From Mobula hypostoma (lineage: Eukaryota), in assembly GCF_963921235.1 (NCBI RefSeq), contig NC_086109.1:6326001-6390000 (forward strand): a stretch of 64,000 nucleotides of DNA, read 5' to 3'. Position 1 is the stretch's first letter. Every line of letters begins with the position of its first letter. Position numbers and translations under genes: made by a program. Below, piece by piece: positions 1-13,344 of this stretch. The notes below the pieces were generated by a model that did not search any database, was not told where the DNA came from, and saw nothing but the letters and a program-made list of their open reading frames with translations.

Positions 1-72
1 CCCACATGAAAATGCGAACATAATTCAAATTTTCTATGCTATCATGGAAATGGAGGACAGATCTTTACTCAC

Positions 73-370
73 CATCATTCCCTTTTTTTGTCTGGTAGAA
101 GAGAGCAAATTTCTGGGGATTGTCAATGACCATGAACTTCTTCAGTAGGCCCGTGATCACTTCATTGACTGTCGTGCCACTAGTAATGTGAAGCTGCTTG
201 ACTGCGTCCAGGGGTAGGTAAAATGACGTCCGCTTGTTTGTTATTTCTGCTGGGTTCACCTCCTTGAGCACGTCGTAGATAGACTGTGGTCTGATGCCTG
301 CAGGGACTGTGACAGGGCGGCGCAATTTCAGGTGGACTTTGATGAACCCTGTATAACTACCATCCGTATT
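73..370 (-). CDS. RASSF5: RASSF5 internal coding exon (Ras-association domain), 298 nt
   Basis: Translates NTDGSYTGFIKVHLKLRRPVTVPAGIRPQSIYDVLKEVN...TSFYLPLDAVKQLHI...LLKKFMVIDNPQKFALF. This closely matches human RASSF5 as I recall it (YTGFIKVHLKLRRPVTVPAGIRPQSIYDAIKEVN). AG acceptor at 372-371, GTGAGT donor at 72-67; phase 0 in, phase 1 out. Confidence 0.97.
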
Positions 371-500
371 CTGAAATACAAGATCATCCATTAGAAATCA
401 TAGAGACCAACAGGCCCTTCAGCCCAATTCCTCCATGCTGACCAAAGTGCTCATCTAAGCTAGTCCTATCTGCCTGCATTTGACCCATATCCCTCTAAGG

Positions 501-555
501 CAGGGATTCCCAACCCGGTATTGGTCCATAGCATTAAAAAGGTTGTGAACCCCCA
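501..555. mobile_element. Small hAT-type MITE nested in a CR1 3' fragment
   Basis: Imperfect terminal inverted repeats cagggattcccaacc ... ggttgtgaacccc. A similar element lies at ~62212-62291. Confidence 0.55.
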
Positions 556-866
556 CTCAAAACCCTACCTATCCATTTATCTATCCAACTGTTTTAAAAA
601 TATTGTTGTTGTACCTGCCTCTTTACTTTCTCAGGCAGCTCATTCCATATACCCACCTTGTTCTGCAGGAAGAAGTTGCTCCTCAGGTTCCTAGTAAATC
701 TTCCCCCTCACCTTAAACCTGTGTCCTCTAGTTCTTGATACCCCAACCCTGAGAAAAAGATCCTATCTATGCTTCTCATAATTTTATACACCTCTATAAG
801 ATTATGCCTCAGTATCTTACACTCCAAAGAAAAAAGTCATAGCCTGTCCAATTCAAAAAGGAAGTT

Positions 867-923
867 TAAAAACGCAAACACGAGGAAATCTGCAGATGCT
901 GGAAATTCAAGCAACACACACAG
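867..923 (-). mobile_element. 57-bp terminal fragment of a Penelope-derived repeat
   Basis: Same terminal sequence as the end of the 32058-32280 element. Flanked by aaaaaggaagtt (855-866) and aaaaagaaagtt (924-935). Confidence 0.7.
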
Positions 924-999
924 AAAAAGAAAGTTCCTGATTTGTAAGTGTTGAACTCCAGATATCCTCTGGCAGTGTGAAGCAATAAGACCTGAGCCT

Positions 1000-2905
1000 T
1001 CAGAGTTCAAAGTTTATTTTATTATCAAAGTACATATATAATCGCCATATACAACCCTGAGATTCATTTTCTTGTGGGCATTCACAGTAAGTACAAGAAA
1101 TACAGTAGAATGAGTGGAAGACCACATCCAACAGGACAGACAAATAGTCAATGTGCAAAAGACAACAATTTGTACAAATACAAAAAAAAGGGAAAAGGAA
1201 ATAAATAATAATAATGAATAAATAAGCAATAAATATCAAGAACATGAGATGAAGAGTCCTTGAAAGTGAGCCCATAGGTTGTAAGAACAGTTCAGTGGTA
1301 GGGCAAGTGAATTTGAATGAAGTTATGCCCTCTGGTTCAGGAGCCTAATGGTTGAGGGGCTATAACTGTTCCTGAACCTGGTGGTGTGAGTCCTGAGGTT
1401 CCTGTACCTTTTCCTTGATGGCAGCAGCAAAAAGAGAGTGTGGCCTAGATGGTGGGATTCCGTGATAATGGACGCTGCTTTCCTGCAACAGTGCTCTGTG
1501 TAGATGTGCTCAGTGGTGGGAGGGCTTTACTCATGAAGAACTGTGCCATATCCACTACTTTTTGTAGGCTTTTCTGTTCAAGGGCAATGACGTTTCCATA
1601 ACAGGCTATGATGCGACCAGTCAATATAGCCTTCACTATACATCTATAGAAGCTTGTCAAAGTTTTAGCTGACATGCCAAATCTTTGCAAACTTCTAAGA
1701 AAGTAGAAGGGCTGCCGTACTTTCTTAGTTATCGCACTTACGTGTTGGACCCAGGATAGATCCTCTGAAATGATAACTCAGAGGAATTTAAAGTTGCTGA
1801 TCCTCTCTACCTCTTATCCCCCGATAAGGACTGGCACATGATCAATAATCAGCTCCTTAGTCTTGATGACATTGAGTGAGAGGTTATTGTTGTGGCACAA
1901 CATAGCCAGATTGTTAATCTCCTGTCAATATGTTAATTCATCACTACCTTTGATTCGGCCATTGATAATGGTGCCGTCAACAATTGTAAATATTGCATTG
2001 GAGCTATGCTTAGCCACACAGTCATAAGTGTAAAGCGAGTAGAGCAGGGGGATAAGCACACAGCCTTGTGGGGTGCATGTGTGCTCATGGAGATTGTGGA
2101 GAAGATGTTGCTAATCCAAACTGACTGGGGTCTGCAAGTGAGGAAATTGAGGATCCAGTTGCACAAAGAGGTATTGAGGCCAAGGACTTGAAGTTGATTG
2201 ATTAGTTTTGAGGTGATGATAGTATTGAATGCTGAGCTGTAGTCAATGAAAAGCATCCTGATGCATGCATCTTTGCTGTCCATATGTTCCAGGGCTGATT
2301 GACCTGTTGTGACGGTAGGCAGATTGGAGCGGATCCAAGTCATTTGAGGCAAGAGTTGATATGTTTCATCACCAACCTCTCAAAACACTTCAACACAGTG
2401 GTTGTAAGCACTACTGGATGACAGTCATTAAAGTAGGTTACCACGTTCTTCTTAGGTACCGGTATAACTGAAGCCTGCTGAAGCAGGTGGGTACCTCAGA
2501 CTGCCGAAGTGAGAGGTTAAGGATATCGATGAACACTCCAGCCAGCTGATCAGCACACATCTTTAGTACTTAGCCAAGTACCCTGTTTGGGCCAAATGCT
2601 TTCTGTGGGTTCACCTTCCAGAAGGATGCTCTCACAGTGTCCTCAGAGACTGAAATCAGTCTTCAGGGGCCGTGGGAGTTTGTGAAAGAGCCTCCATGTT
2701 TTGATGGAAGAAGTGAGCATAAAAGGCATTGAGTTCATCTGGGAGCGAAGCCCTGTTGTCACCTACTGTATGTCCCTTGGTTTTACCGGACATAATAGCA
2801 TTCAAGCCCTGCCACAGTGGTCCAGTATCCTTCAGTGATTCAAGTTTGGTCTAGAATTGCCACTTCATATGCAAGATGGCTTACCCAATAGCATATCTGG
2901 ATCGC
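1000..2905 (-). mobile_element. Rex1/Babar-like LINE, 5'-truncated and degenerate
   Basis: RT motif ALEHMDSKDACIRMLFIDYSSAFNTI and C-terminal TLTSFYRCIVKAILTG, with many stops and frameshifts. Its 3' UTR is shared with other copies in the window. Confidence 0.88.
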
Positions 2906-4492
2906 TCATTCCTATGGTATGAGAAAAGAATGGGAGATCAAGATGCCAAGTTTAAAGGGCATGTGAATAGGAAGAGTTTAAAGAGTACAGATCAAGAGAT
3001 CAAGGAAATATGAATAAAGAGTGGTAACTGAAGAGTCCCATGTAATGTATTGCCTGTTTGACACTATGGTAAAGAACCTCTTGGACTAGGTGCCATGTAT
3101 TATTTTGGAGAAGAGGAACTGACTTCCACAACCAGACTTTCAGGGAGGAAGCTAAAAGGTAATATCTCAAAAGGTAGATATCTCTGGTTTACTCTCAGTG
3201 ACACATGCTGCATCAGTAGAAATAGAAAGGCAAGACGTTTTAATGTGTGTTTAGACAGTGATCTAGGAGGGAAGGCTTCAGACGCACTAGTCTTGGGGCA
3301 GAAGTGACCTCTTCATTCTTTTCAGGACACTACTTTTCAGCGGCTTAGGACTCATTTCCTTGAGGGGAGATTTTCTTGTATGGCTGGGGAGCATTTAAAA
3401 TACACTGGCAGGAGAGTTAATCAGAAGATAGAAGGGGTGAGATGCAGTAGGGTAAAGGACAAAGGAGAGTAACTCAACAAAATTTTCTTAATTTGTATGT
3501 TCTTGGTCGACTCAGAAAGGAGGTATTGCTGAATTCAGTCTCTGGGGAATGAAATAAGCCAAATTCCAGTCAGAGCACACATGGGGAACAGTGATCATTG
3601 TGCTATAATGTTTAGATTGGTATGGAGAGAAGCAAAGAGCTACCTAAAAATGCTGAAAATATTCAATAAGTCGGACAGCATCTGTGGACAGAGAAACAGT
3701 TAAAGGCCCTTGAATTTAATAGTTAGCATGTGTGTGGATGGTACTTGGAGTCAAGCTGAGGTTGAGGTCAGTGAGATAGCTGAGCGGAGTTGGACTCAGA
3801 GGACTAATGGACCACAGTGTCAGAAAACTGGGCAGCCCGGGCAGTTGGTAGGATTGTGACAGTAATCAGTAGGAGAGGGGATGTTCAAAGGCTGAATGGT
3901 ACATTGGGAATGCACCCAGGTGGAATGCCAGCCCGGCACTGTGCTGGTGAGAGTAGTTTGTCCCAAGGCTGCTCGATGATGGGGCAATGCAGATCATGAT
4001 TTCCTGCAGTGTACCAAAAAGAGAACTACATGAGAACTTTTTCTAAATTCAGCACAGTAACATCTGACTCTCCTAGCCCAATGAGCCTACGCCACCCAAT
4101 TACAGCCATGTGACCAATTAATCTATTAGCCCATATATCTTTGGAATATGGGAAGAAGATAGAGCTTAGGTCATGGGGAGAACATACAAACTCCTTACAG
4201 ACAACAGTGGGAACTGAACTGTAAATGCATTACGCTACACTATCATAATTCCTTTTCAGCAAGATACAAGGATGACTCACAATAAGAAGTGCCTGTATTT
4301 CCACAGCAACAGAAAATTGACACCCATTATCACATTCCAGTCCAGAGCAAGAAATAACTTTCATTCACTTAATAGTGAAAACAGTATAATGTTGAATTTC
4401 CGTGTGCAATTTTGAACTTCAGTACTGCATAAAAGCCATTTATACATTGACATCTTTTGTAAATTACTATATTTGCATTTAATTTTACTTAC

Positions 4493-4603
4493 TAAGCGCA
4501 TTCCCAAGCAGTTTTTAACTTTTCCATTGTATTCTTCAATTTTTTGTTTAATCTCCTTTTCCGTAAGGGCCTTTGGTTTCTCTTCTTCTTTAATTGCCAC
4601 ATT
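4493..4603 (-). CDS. RASSF5: RASSF5 coding exon, 111 nt (NVAIKEEEKPKALTEKEIKQKIEEYNGKVKNCLGMRL)
   Basis: Matches human NVCKPVEETQRPPTLQEIKQKIDSYNTREKNCLGMKL. Poly-T tract plus AG acceptor at 4605-4604, GTAAGT donor from 4492. Phase 0/0, splices in frame to the 370-73 exon. Confidence 0.96.
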
Positions 4604-7394
4604 CTTAAACAAAAAAAAAAGTCATAATTAGAACATATTTCATTTTCATAGATTACCAAAATTTGCTCAACCCATTCAATCCCAATAAAAATTTCAGTAC
4701 ATTTATAATCACTTAAACCACATTAATACAAACTTGAACTATAAGGGTATCATTTGCCAGGTTCACACTTAGTGGTCATAAACTGGTAGCCCAATCCTTT
4801 CAAATACAAACCTACAGCAGTTTTCCGGTGACTTCCAAAAGTCACTGTAAGGAAGTCATTTGGGTGCATGGTGTCCCTTGTTCTCCTAAATACAGCTACC
4901 TGCACTCGCTGAATTCAGAAATGAGGTCCTTCATCAGCAGATGAAAAAGAGCTGATCGATATTATAGTTATCTATCCAAAGCATCTAAAATTGAAACAAA
5001 AGGCTGCAAGGAGATAGGATGCTTTGTGCCAATTTCAAATTGAAATTAATTAGCTGCAACCCATCCATCCCATCTCCAGAGTACACAAGAAGAATGTTGT
5101 TATGAACCATTGTCTTCAAAGTAGATTAGAGAACAGTGCAGTCTATTTTAACTTAGTCTCTTTGTATATTGAAGTAATATTTTGACGGGGACTGTTTGCA
5201 TATGCTTACATAATACTACACTGCTATTTTACCAGAAGCATTATAATGTCTATAAATAGTCGTGGAGGTTTCCAGCAAGAGGTTCCTAGTCGATCAATCC
5301 CATAACAAAAGGCTGCACAGGGTAATGGAAACAATTTGGTTTGATTGTTACCTCAATAACATTTTCTGAACACCAAAAAAGATTGTATAATTACGGTTAA
5401 TGACATTTGAACAATATATCTTAAACCAAAAGTAAAATAGAGTTGTTCTGCCATCTTTTTGCAGTTATTATCCGAAGAAGGTACAGAAGCCTGAAGTCTC
5501 ACACCAGCAGGTTCTGGAACAATTAGTTCCCTTCAACCATCCAGTTCTTAACTAACCAGTACAATCCTAATCATCGTTTAGCAACACTATGATACTTTGA
5601 TCACTTTGCACTAAATGGACTTAGGGTTTATTTTTGTTCCAAATGTGTTATTTGTTGTAAAAATTGTGTATAATCTATATTGTGAATGCTGTTTTGTAGA
5701 TGCTGTGTGTCTGTGACGCTGCCGCAAGTTTTCCATTGCACCTGTGCGTACATGTACTTGTGTATATGACAATAGACTCAACTTCTGACTTTTTCTGACA
5801 CCTGTCCCAAGTAAAACTATGCTAACTCTCTTGGTGTTGAATTTATTATCTGAGAGTTTCACATTCTTCTGTGGGCATGAGTAGCAAAATAAAATAAAGA
5901 GTTAATATGAAGCAATTGAGTCAATTGGAGTACTGTTGGACAGCTCCACATAGTCATCTAAACTTTGAGTACTGTACTAAAGAATGTCTCAGAAATTTAA
6001 TGTATACATCTTTTTAAACAAGTAAAAACTATTTCAAACCTTTTCATGAATTACATACATTGGCTTTAGATACTGTTTGGCTAGGACTTCTAAATACTGT
6101 GATGCATTTCACTCTTTGCTTTGACGTTTCAATGTACATGTTGATTTCTCTTTTACAAAAGGATAATATTCATGTGGAGCATAATGCTACAAAATGAAAT
6201 ATGGATTCAAAGTTCAAAGTACATTTATTATCAAAGTATGTATACATTATACAACCTTGAGATTCATCTCCTTACAGGCAGCCACAAGGTTGTATAACAT
6301 AAACATTCAATTCCTTCATGATAAAATAACACCTTTCCTTCCCAGAAAAGCCATGGGAATACAAAACTAGAGTAATACACAAAACACTGGAGGAGCTCAG
6401 TGGATCAGGCAGCATCTACAGAGGGAAATACACCGTCAATGTTTTGGGTTGAGACCCTTGTGACTCTGAAATACAAAACTAGTTGGTCACTATCTGGGCT
6501 CCAGCCATGAAAGGCCACCTTAACTATTGATAGCATAAGTAGAAATATCCATGCAGCACTCTGCAAAAGTAGCTGTGCAGGAAGATCATCAGGGGAGGAA
6601 GCAGCCCTATATTCACATAGGCATGTCCCATTCAAGGTTATTGTAAACTCACAGTATGGAGTGTTCCCTATGAGTGCACATAACTTTTCCAAAGCAGGGT
6701 AATGTAACACAATTTCAGCTGCAAATGGACACAATTTCCTGCTTTAAACCAGAAAATACTCAGCAGATCAGACAGCATTTGCGGAAAGAGAAACTGCTTT
6801 TATTTTAGACTTGGAGTATCAGTAGTTTTTTCTGATGATCATTCCCTGCTATGCCTAAACACTAAGACATTTATACATGCCAGCATTTAACTCGGACAGG
6901 AACAAAAAATGGAACAGAATAAAGGCATTATCAGATTCATGTTTAAAGACAGAAAAATTCAATTTTTTGTTGCACCGAGGGACCTTGAATTCCAAGGCTT
7001 CTCCAGAAATTACTTCATCTGGTACCAGTGCCACCAGATGAATCTTAACCCATTTTCTCATTTTATTTAAATCATGCTGCAGAATTTACAGCTGGAACTC
7101 CAGGAATTCATATGTAACACATTTCTCTGTTAGTTTCTTGTATACAGCAGAAAATGCATTTGTTTTATGTTCTGTTGTGCCTTGACAAAATTGACTTTGA
7201 ACATGGAATACTCAATATGGTGACTACTACAACACAGTATTGTGCCTGCCTTATAACCTAAGATCAATCAACCCTGCCCTTCTACATAACCCTCCCTTTT
7301 CCTATCGTCCATGTGCCAGTCTAAGAGCCTCTTAAATGTTGCTAATGTATCTGCCACTCTCACTCACCACTCTCCCCCTTATACTCCAGTCAAA

Positions 7395-8610
7395 GTTCAA
7401 GGTAAAATTTATTATCAGAGTACGTACATGTCACCACATACAACTCTGAGATTCTTTTTTTACAGGCCTACTTAGCAAATCTATAGAACAGTAATTGTAA
7501 ACAACAACCAATTGTGCAGATGCAAGTATATATAAATAGCAATAAATAACAAGCATGAAATAACAAGATAGAGGGTCTTTAAGTGAGACCGATGGTTGTG
7601 AGAACACCAGAAAAAGAATGAGTGTAGTTTATCCCCTTTTGTTCAAGAGCCTGATGGTTGAGGGGTAGTAACTGTTCCTGAACCTGGTGGTGCAAGTCCT
7701 GAGTCTCTTGTACCTTCTGCCTGATGGCAGCAGTGCAAAAAGAGCATGGCAACACTCACAACATGCTGGAGGAACTCAGCAGGTCGGGCAGCATCCGTGG
7801 AAACGATGAGTCGACGTTTTGGGCCGGAACCCTTCGTCAAGACTGTAGAGGGAAGGGGCAGAGGCCCTATAAAGAAGGTGGGGGAGGGTGGGAAGGAGAA
7901 GGCTGGGAGGTTCCAGGTGAAAAGGGAACCTACCAGCCTTCTCCTTCCCACCCTCCCCCCATCTTCTTTATAGGGCCACTGCCCCTTCCTTCTACAATCC
8001 TGACAAAGAGTTCCGGCCCGAAACGTCGACCAATCTTTTCCACAGATGCTGCCCGACCTGCTGAGTTCCTCCAGCGTGTTGTAAGTGTTGCTTTGATCCC
8101 AGCATCTGCAGATTATTTTGTGTTTATGAAAAGAGCATGGCCTGTGTGGTGAAAATCTCTGATAATGGATGTCACTTTTCTACAGCAAAGTTTCATAGAG
8201 ATATGCTCAATGGTTGGGAGGGTTTTACCTGTGATGTACTGGACCAAATCCTCTACCTTTTGTAGGATTTTCTGCTCAAAGGCATTGGTGTCCCCAGACC
8301 AGGCTGTAATGCAGCCAGTCAGCACACTTCTCACACATCTGTAGAAGTTTGCCAAGGATTTTGATGAGATACCAAATCTCTGCAGACTCCTGAGGAAGTA
8401 GAGGTGCTGTCGTGCTTTCTTTGTAACTATACTTATATGATGGGTTCAAGACAGGTCCTCTGAGATAGTGACACCAGTGACACCCAGAATTTAAAGTCAC
8501 TGACCTTCTCTACCTCCGATCCTTTGATGATTACTGGCTCATGGGCCTCTGGTTTCTGTTGTACAATTAGTTCTTTGGTCTTATTAACATTGAGTGAGAA
8601 GTTGTCACCT
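7395..8610 (-). mobile_element. Rex1/Babar-like LINE 3' fragment, interrupted by a palindromic insertion
   Basis: NFYRCVRSVLTGCITAW...LPTIEHI and the same 3' UTR as 1000-1450. The LINE sequence resumes after 8141. Confidence 0.85.
7749..8128. mobile_element. Penelope-derived fold-back element with a hammerhead-like motif in each arm
   Basis: Inverted arms 7749-7914 and 7925-8091, ~90% identical by hand count. Exact 13-bp TSD aaaagagcatggc at 7738-7750 and 8129-8141. Confidence 0.85.
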
Positions 8611-8719
8611 TGGAAATATGTTCCTTGTATTAGCCTTTTCAGCCCTGGGAAAAAGTTGTGGGCTATTTAATTGATCTATGCCTCCTATCATCTTGTACAT
8701 CTCTGTCAGGTCAGAGATC

Positions 8720-8959
8720 CTTGATTGCCCTTGTTTCATCCAGCTTCACATGAATTTTCTTGTTGGGGTATAGCTACAAAAATGATCTTCGCCTTTCTGC
8801 CACCACCAACTTCAATTTCCTCACCAGCTGTACTGTTCAGTTCCCTTAACTGTGCCATCAGGTCAAAGTTCATTTCCAGATCCAAAACAGAAATGCCAAA
8901 TCCGAATTCATCTGGCTTTACAACATTAGGGTTCACAGTTTTGGAGCTGCCGCGAACAG
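8720..8959 (-). pseudogene. RPS7: Processed pseudogene fragment of 40S ribosomal protein S7 (eS7) with internal deletion
   Basis: [60 protein letters not shown] matches eS7 ~7-68. After a frameshift, [14 protein letters not shown] matches eS7 ~142-155 (KRIRVKLDGSRLIK). No introns; the start codon has decayed to CTG. Confidence 0.93.
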
Positions 8960-11900
8960 GACCTATCACTGGGCTCAGTGTAACACACATTACATGCTGG
9001 AGGAACTCAGCAGGTCAGGCAGCATCTATGGAAATGCATAAAGAGTCAATGTTTCAGGCCGAGACCCTTCATTGGGACTGAGTGTCACTATTACCATCCT
9101 GGCTAAGACAATTACAGCACTAATCAAGAAAAGTTCAAAAGAAAAATACTGTAATTGTTGACAATCTGAAATTAAAGAGAAAATTAAATAGTCATTGTAA
9201 TAGTGCATGCTAACCACTATGCTACTATGCCGCCGTTTATAATGGAGTTTCGCCAATATTCAATTTTGGATGTGCATTCTATGGACAATCTATTGACAGA
9301 TTATCGAAATGAAACGTGCTCTTATGTGATGACTTGTTTTCATCAATAATGCAGGATTTCAAATTAAGTAATTACACAGTAAAATCAATCTTCCTGCTCA
9401 TGGGAGGATTCTTTATTAGATTTATAATTAAAATAGCCCAGATTGGATTTATCACTCTTACAGATGAAATGAAGACAGTAAAAGGGTCAGTTTCTTCTGC
9501 CTTTCAGTGTAATTACAGTGGAGTTCTTATATTTGCAATTAGCTGTCCTCTTATAATTGCTTCTAACCTTAGAAAGCGATGACCTTGTGATAAAATTCAC
9601 AAATTATCAACTGCAATTACTTTTTACTGCAAAAAATATTTTGAAAATTCAGGACATTTTATTCAGAGACTTTAAAGTTGTTGCTGCTAATTACTAGTTT
9701 TGACTCGATATGGTGGTGGTGATGTGACAATGTAATCTGAATTCTAGAAATGGTATTATGTGGAATAAATAAATAATTGAAAGCTAAATAATGCCATGTA
9801 CTTGATACATACAGGAGGATGCTATAATTTTTTCCTGCTTTTGTTCTGTCAACAGACAAATAATCCTTCAGTATTTGTAAGATACTGCCCCAATATGATA
9901 ATTTGTATTTAAACTCTATCTGAATTTTCACTCCAGAAATGGTAAATATATTGACATTTACTCTGAAATGAGATGCCATTAGGCATTTAGAATTATTGAA
10001 TAGTTACTATACCGGAGACTATTCAGCTAGTTCTCTACAAGAGCAATCCATTCAATTTAATTCTACACTTCCCTTTTCCCAAAGCCCCACACTGTGTTTA
10101 CCCCTCTAGACAGTCAGACATTGAAGATCATGACTTACATGAAAAAGTTTTCTCACATCACTCTTATTTATACATCCTCTGATTCATCATTCTTCTGCCA
10201 AAGAAAGTAACTTTTCTTTATCCATGTTAATAAATGTCTAAGGAGCTGTAACAGCCAGTGGAACCTTATCCTGTTATGAGTTGCAGCAGTAAGGCAAAGG
10301 AAAATAACTGGCAATTGAATGAAAAATATTGAGCTAGATAATGTACAGTAATAAACTTTACATTGTATTATGAATTGGACACAGAATACAATTAATTCAT
10401 TGCCTATTTCTTTTTCCTCTGAACTAATACTATTTAGGAAATTCTTAACCTAATGTACGATTTCTATTAATAAATTAAGTGTAACTGGTCACTGAGACAA
10501 TTACAAATAATAAATTGTCCTGCAAAAAGAATAATTTGCCATCTTACTGAATTATCGCAAGTTACTACCAATGGTACAGGACCCAGGACAAATCACATGC
10601 AAATTATACACTAACAAATACTCAAGATTCTTGCACAAAGTGAAAGACAGCTGCATTTTGATCTAATAAATGAACAAAATAGTGCTTACCAATTAACGTG
10701 GAATTTTTTTTTCTATTAATTTTTTTCCTTCCTACGTTTGTGATTCCAGTTACCCCGAATCAAAAAAGCCCTTTCTACGCTTTTGATGTCTTGTTCAAAC
10801 ATAAGTCACTCCTGTATCAAGTTATGATAAGGAATGCCACTCAAAATGTTACCAATCTTTATCTCCTGGCAGTAATTGACCTATTGGTCATATAAAATAA
10901 TTTCTCTTTTTGTTTAACTATAATTAATGTTTTGAGATATTAATAAAAATAAATCTGGAAGGGCCACAAATCAAGCATACAATCTGTCACATTTGATTAT
11001 CTGATAAACTGCCAATTGAGTAAGGTACGAGTGCAAATTCATAAATTCACCCCGTCATAAAATGTTTGCTCCAGTACATTGTCACACTCACCAATTTATT
11101 TAATCCCATAGTTGAATAAGCACAGCTAGAGTTGGCTAGAGGGAAGTCTTCTACCTTTGCTTCATTTAATGCACTTTGAGTGGATTCCTAAGTAGATAAA
11201 CTGCATATTTTACAATACCACAGCGACAGAAGTTTCACTATTTAAAGGCTGAAATGTAGAGGCAGCAGTTGTGGGATATTTATCCACCCCTTCTCTTCCC
11301 TTCCCCCAAATGCTATTCAGAGTAACTGATTTGGTTGGTTGAAACTAAATTGTATATCAAGATATCTCATAGGCATTTTTATCCTCTGGTCTGCTGACTG
11401 TGCAATAAAGACAGCTGCCTCTGGGTAATCTGTGAGGATTTATTTTGATCTACATTGGACTTCAGTGCCATAGACCATGCAGAGCAGATTTGACAACCAT
11501 TCTCTCTCAGAATTCCAATTTGCACATTCATGACTTGAAAGCAGAAATGGGCATTTGAAATATGGCATTTAATTATAACCAACAAGCTGCTAGCTCATTT
11601 TCTCCCATTTGTGTTTACAGACAGTATGGTTACTTGCTATCAAATTATACCAGAGAAACTGATTTAACATTTCTTCATTATTAAGAGCATAACAAAAAAA
11701 GAACATCTGGAGAATAATTAGCCCTAATTTAAAATGGATCATTTGTTTTGTTTCTAGGAGCAAAACTTTTCTGGATACAGTACATGGAGGAGAGTTCCTG
11801 CATTACTGGGAAAAAGTCTACTCAGTTTTTATCCCACTTAAATTAATGGACAAAATATTAGGCAGCTCCTTCCAGCATTATACAAAAGGTCCCTATCTAA

Positions 11901-13344
11901 GGTTACTTCATGAATGCAAGAACAAGAAAACAAGGATTACAAGCAACAGTTGGTATGTGCCACCATTCATCAGATTCCCAGCTGGCCTCAGTGCCATTTT
12001 CCTGTACTGTCCCCATATCCTTTGATTCTCATAATACGTATCCAGAAATGCACTTTGACAGAAAGTAGTAGATACGGCCCAGTCTCTCATGGGTAAAGCC
12101 CTCCCAACCACTGAGCACATCTTCATGAAATGCTGTTGCAGGGAAGAGCACAAAAGCCACAGTGTACTTTCATAAAACCATGGCCGAGCCTTAACTGGAG
12201 TATTACATCTCTGCAGTATCTCACTAGTCACAGTCCACCATCTGACAAAGAACTCCCACTCTTGGCTTTCTATTAACCAATTGTCAATCTATAGTAGTAC
12301 ATGACCCCTTATTTCATGTAAATGTGATGACCCCACTTGGAAATTTACTGATTGCCTTCTAATCATTTAAATATACTGTATTCCACTAATTATATTGCAA
12401 AAGAAATAGGTTTTCCAAAAATGATTTTGCTTTCACATATCCATACTGACACTGCTCAGTCCTACTTTTTTTTTAGTATCCACCATTTCATTGTTTACTA
12501 TTGATTCTAGCATTGCCTCTAAAACTAACATTAGGTTAGGTTATGCTCCCTTACAAATTGGTAACTTCCTTCATAATTCCCAACAAAATTAAATTTAATA
12601 GCAAAATTGCTCTATCCAAGTTAATTAATTTTCAATAGCACAGAAGTATTTGCTGGAGTTCTTCAACAAATTTAAAATTTTACATGATTGTACTGTATGA
12701 ATCTATGACTCTCTAATAATTATTTTCTTCTAAAGATATTTGGCAAAGATTTAAATTTTTTTTTTAAAAAAACCACAAGATGCAGTGGAAATATTCTCAC
12801 ATCAAAACTAATTCTGCTTCTCCCCTTTCCTCCTTAGATTGTCAGCACCTGAAATCAAGTTCCAGAAGTATCATTATGTGTTGTCCAAGACATATGAGTG
12901 GTTGTATTCAACCATGGCTGATCTATAGGACCCCAAACATACATTGCATCTGCAGGTTTCCTAGTTTAAGGCTGATAATTGATGTTTCTCTCTTCCCTGG
13001 CCCTGGGTGAAGTCAAAGATAACACTGTCATTTCATTGACTGAGGGCATCAACTCAGAACAAACCAGTAGGAAGTAACCAGGTATTAGACCTCAGAAATA
13101 CCTCTGCTTCTCCTCCTATAGAGGAAATCCAGCCTCCTGAGTATGTGCAACATTTGTTGTTTATTAAAAAAAACAGTAAGACATGCTCAGGATATCCTGA
13201 TCCATGTGGAATATTTATAGATCGTTTTATGAATTTAATAAATTAGCCATTGGAGGAGCTCATTATTTCTGTCTGAAGGCCATTTAAAAATTGGTTGTGC
13301 TATGTTCTACAAACCCTCAGAAATCAGGGGAAATATTAGGATGA

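Noticed and set aside
65..391. ORF-track calls 65..391 and 4361..4612 as standalone proteins, or assignment to RASSF1/RASSF3
   Set aside because: The ORF ends run into intron sequence past clear splice sites. HLKLRRPVTVPAGIRPQSIYD and KNCLGM fit RASSF5.
6405..7061. Minus-strand ORFs of 109 and 68 aa (also 3095..3307 and 11379..11585)
   Set aside because: No recognisable homology or convincing splice context; partly Penelope terminal repeat.
7643..8152. Overlapping ORFs on both strands with mirrored peptides (FFIGPLPLPST, STDAARPAEFLQ)
   Set aside because: A by-product of the inverted repeat, not a sense-antisense gene pair.
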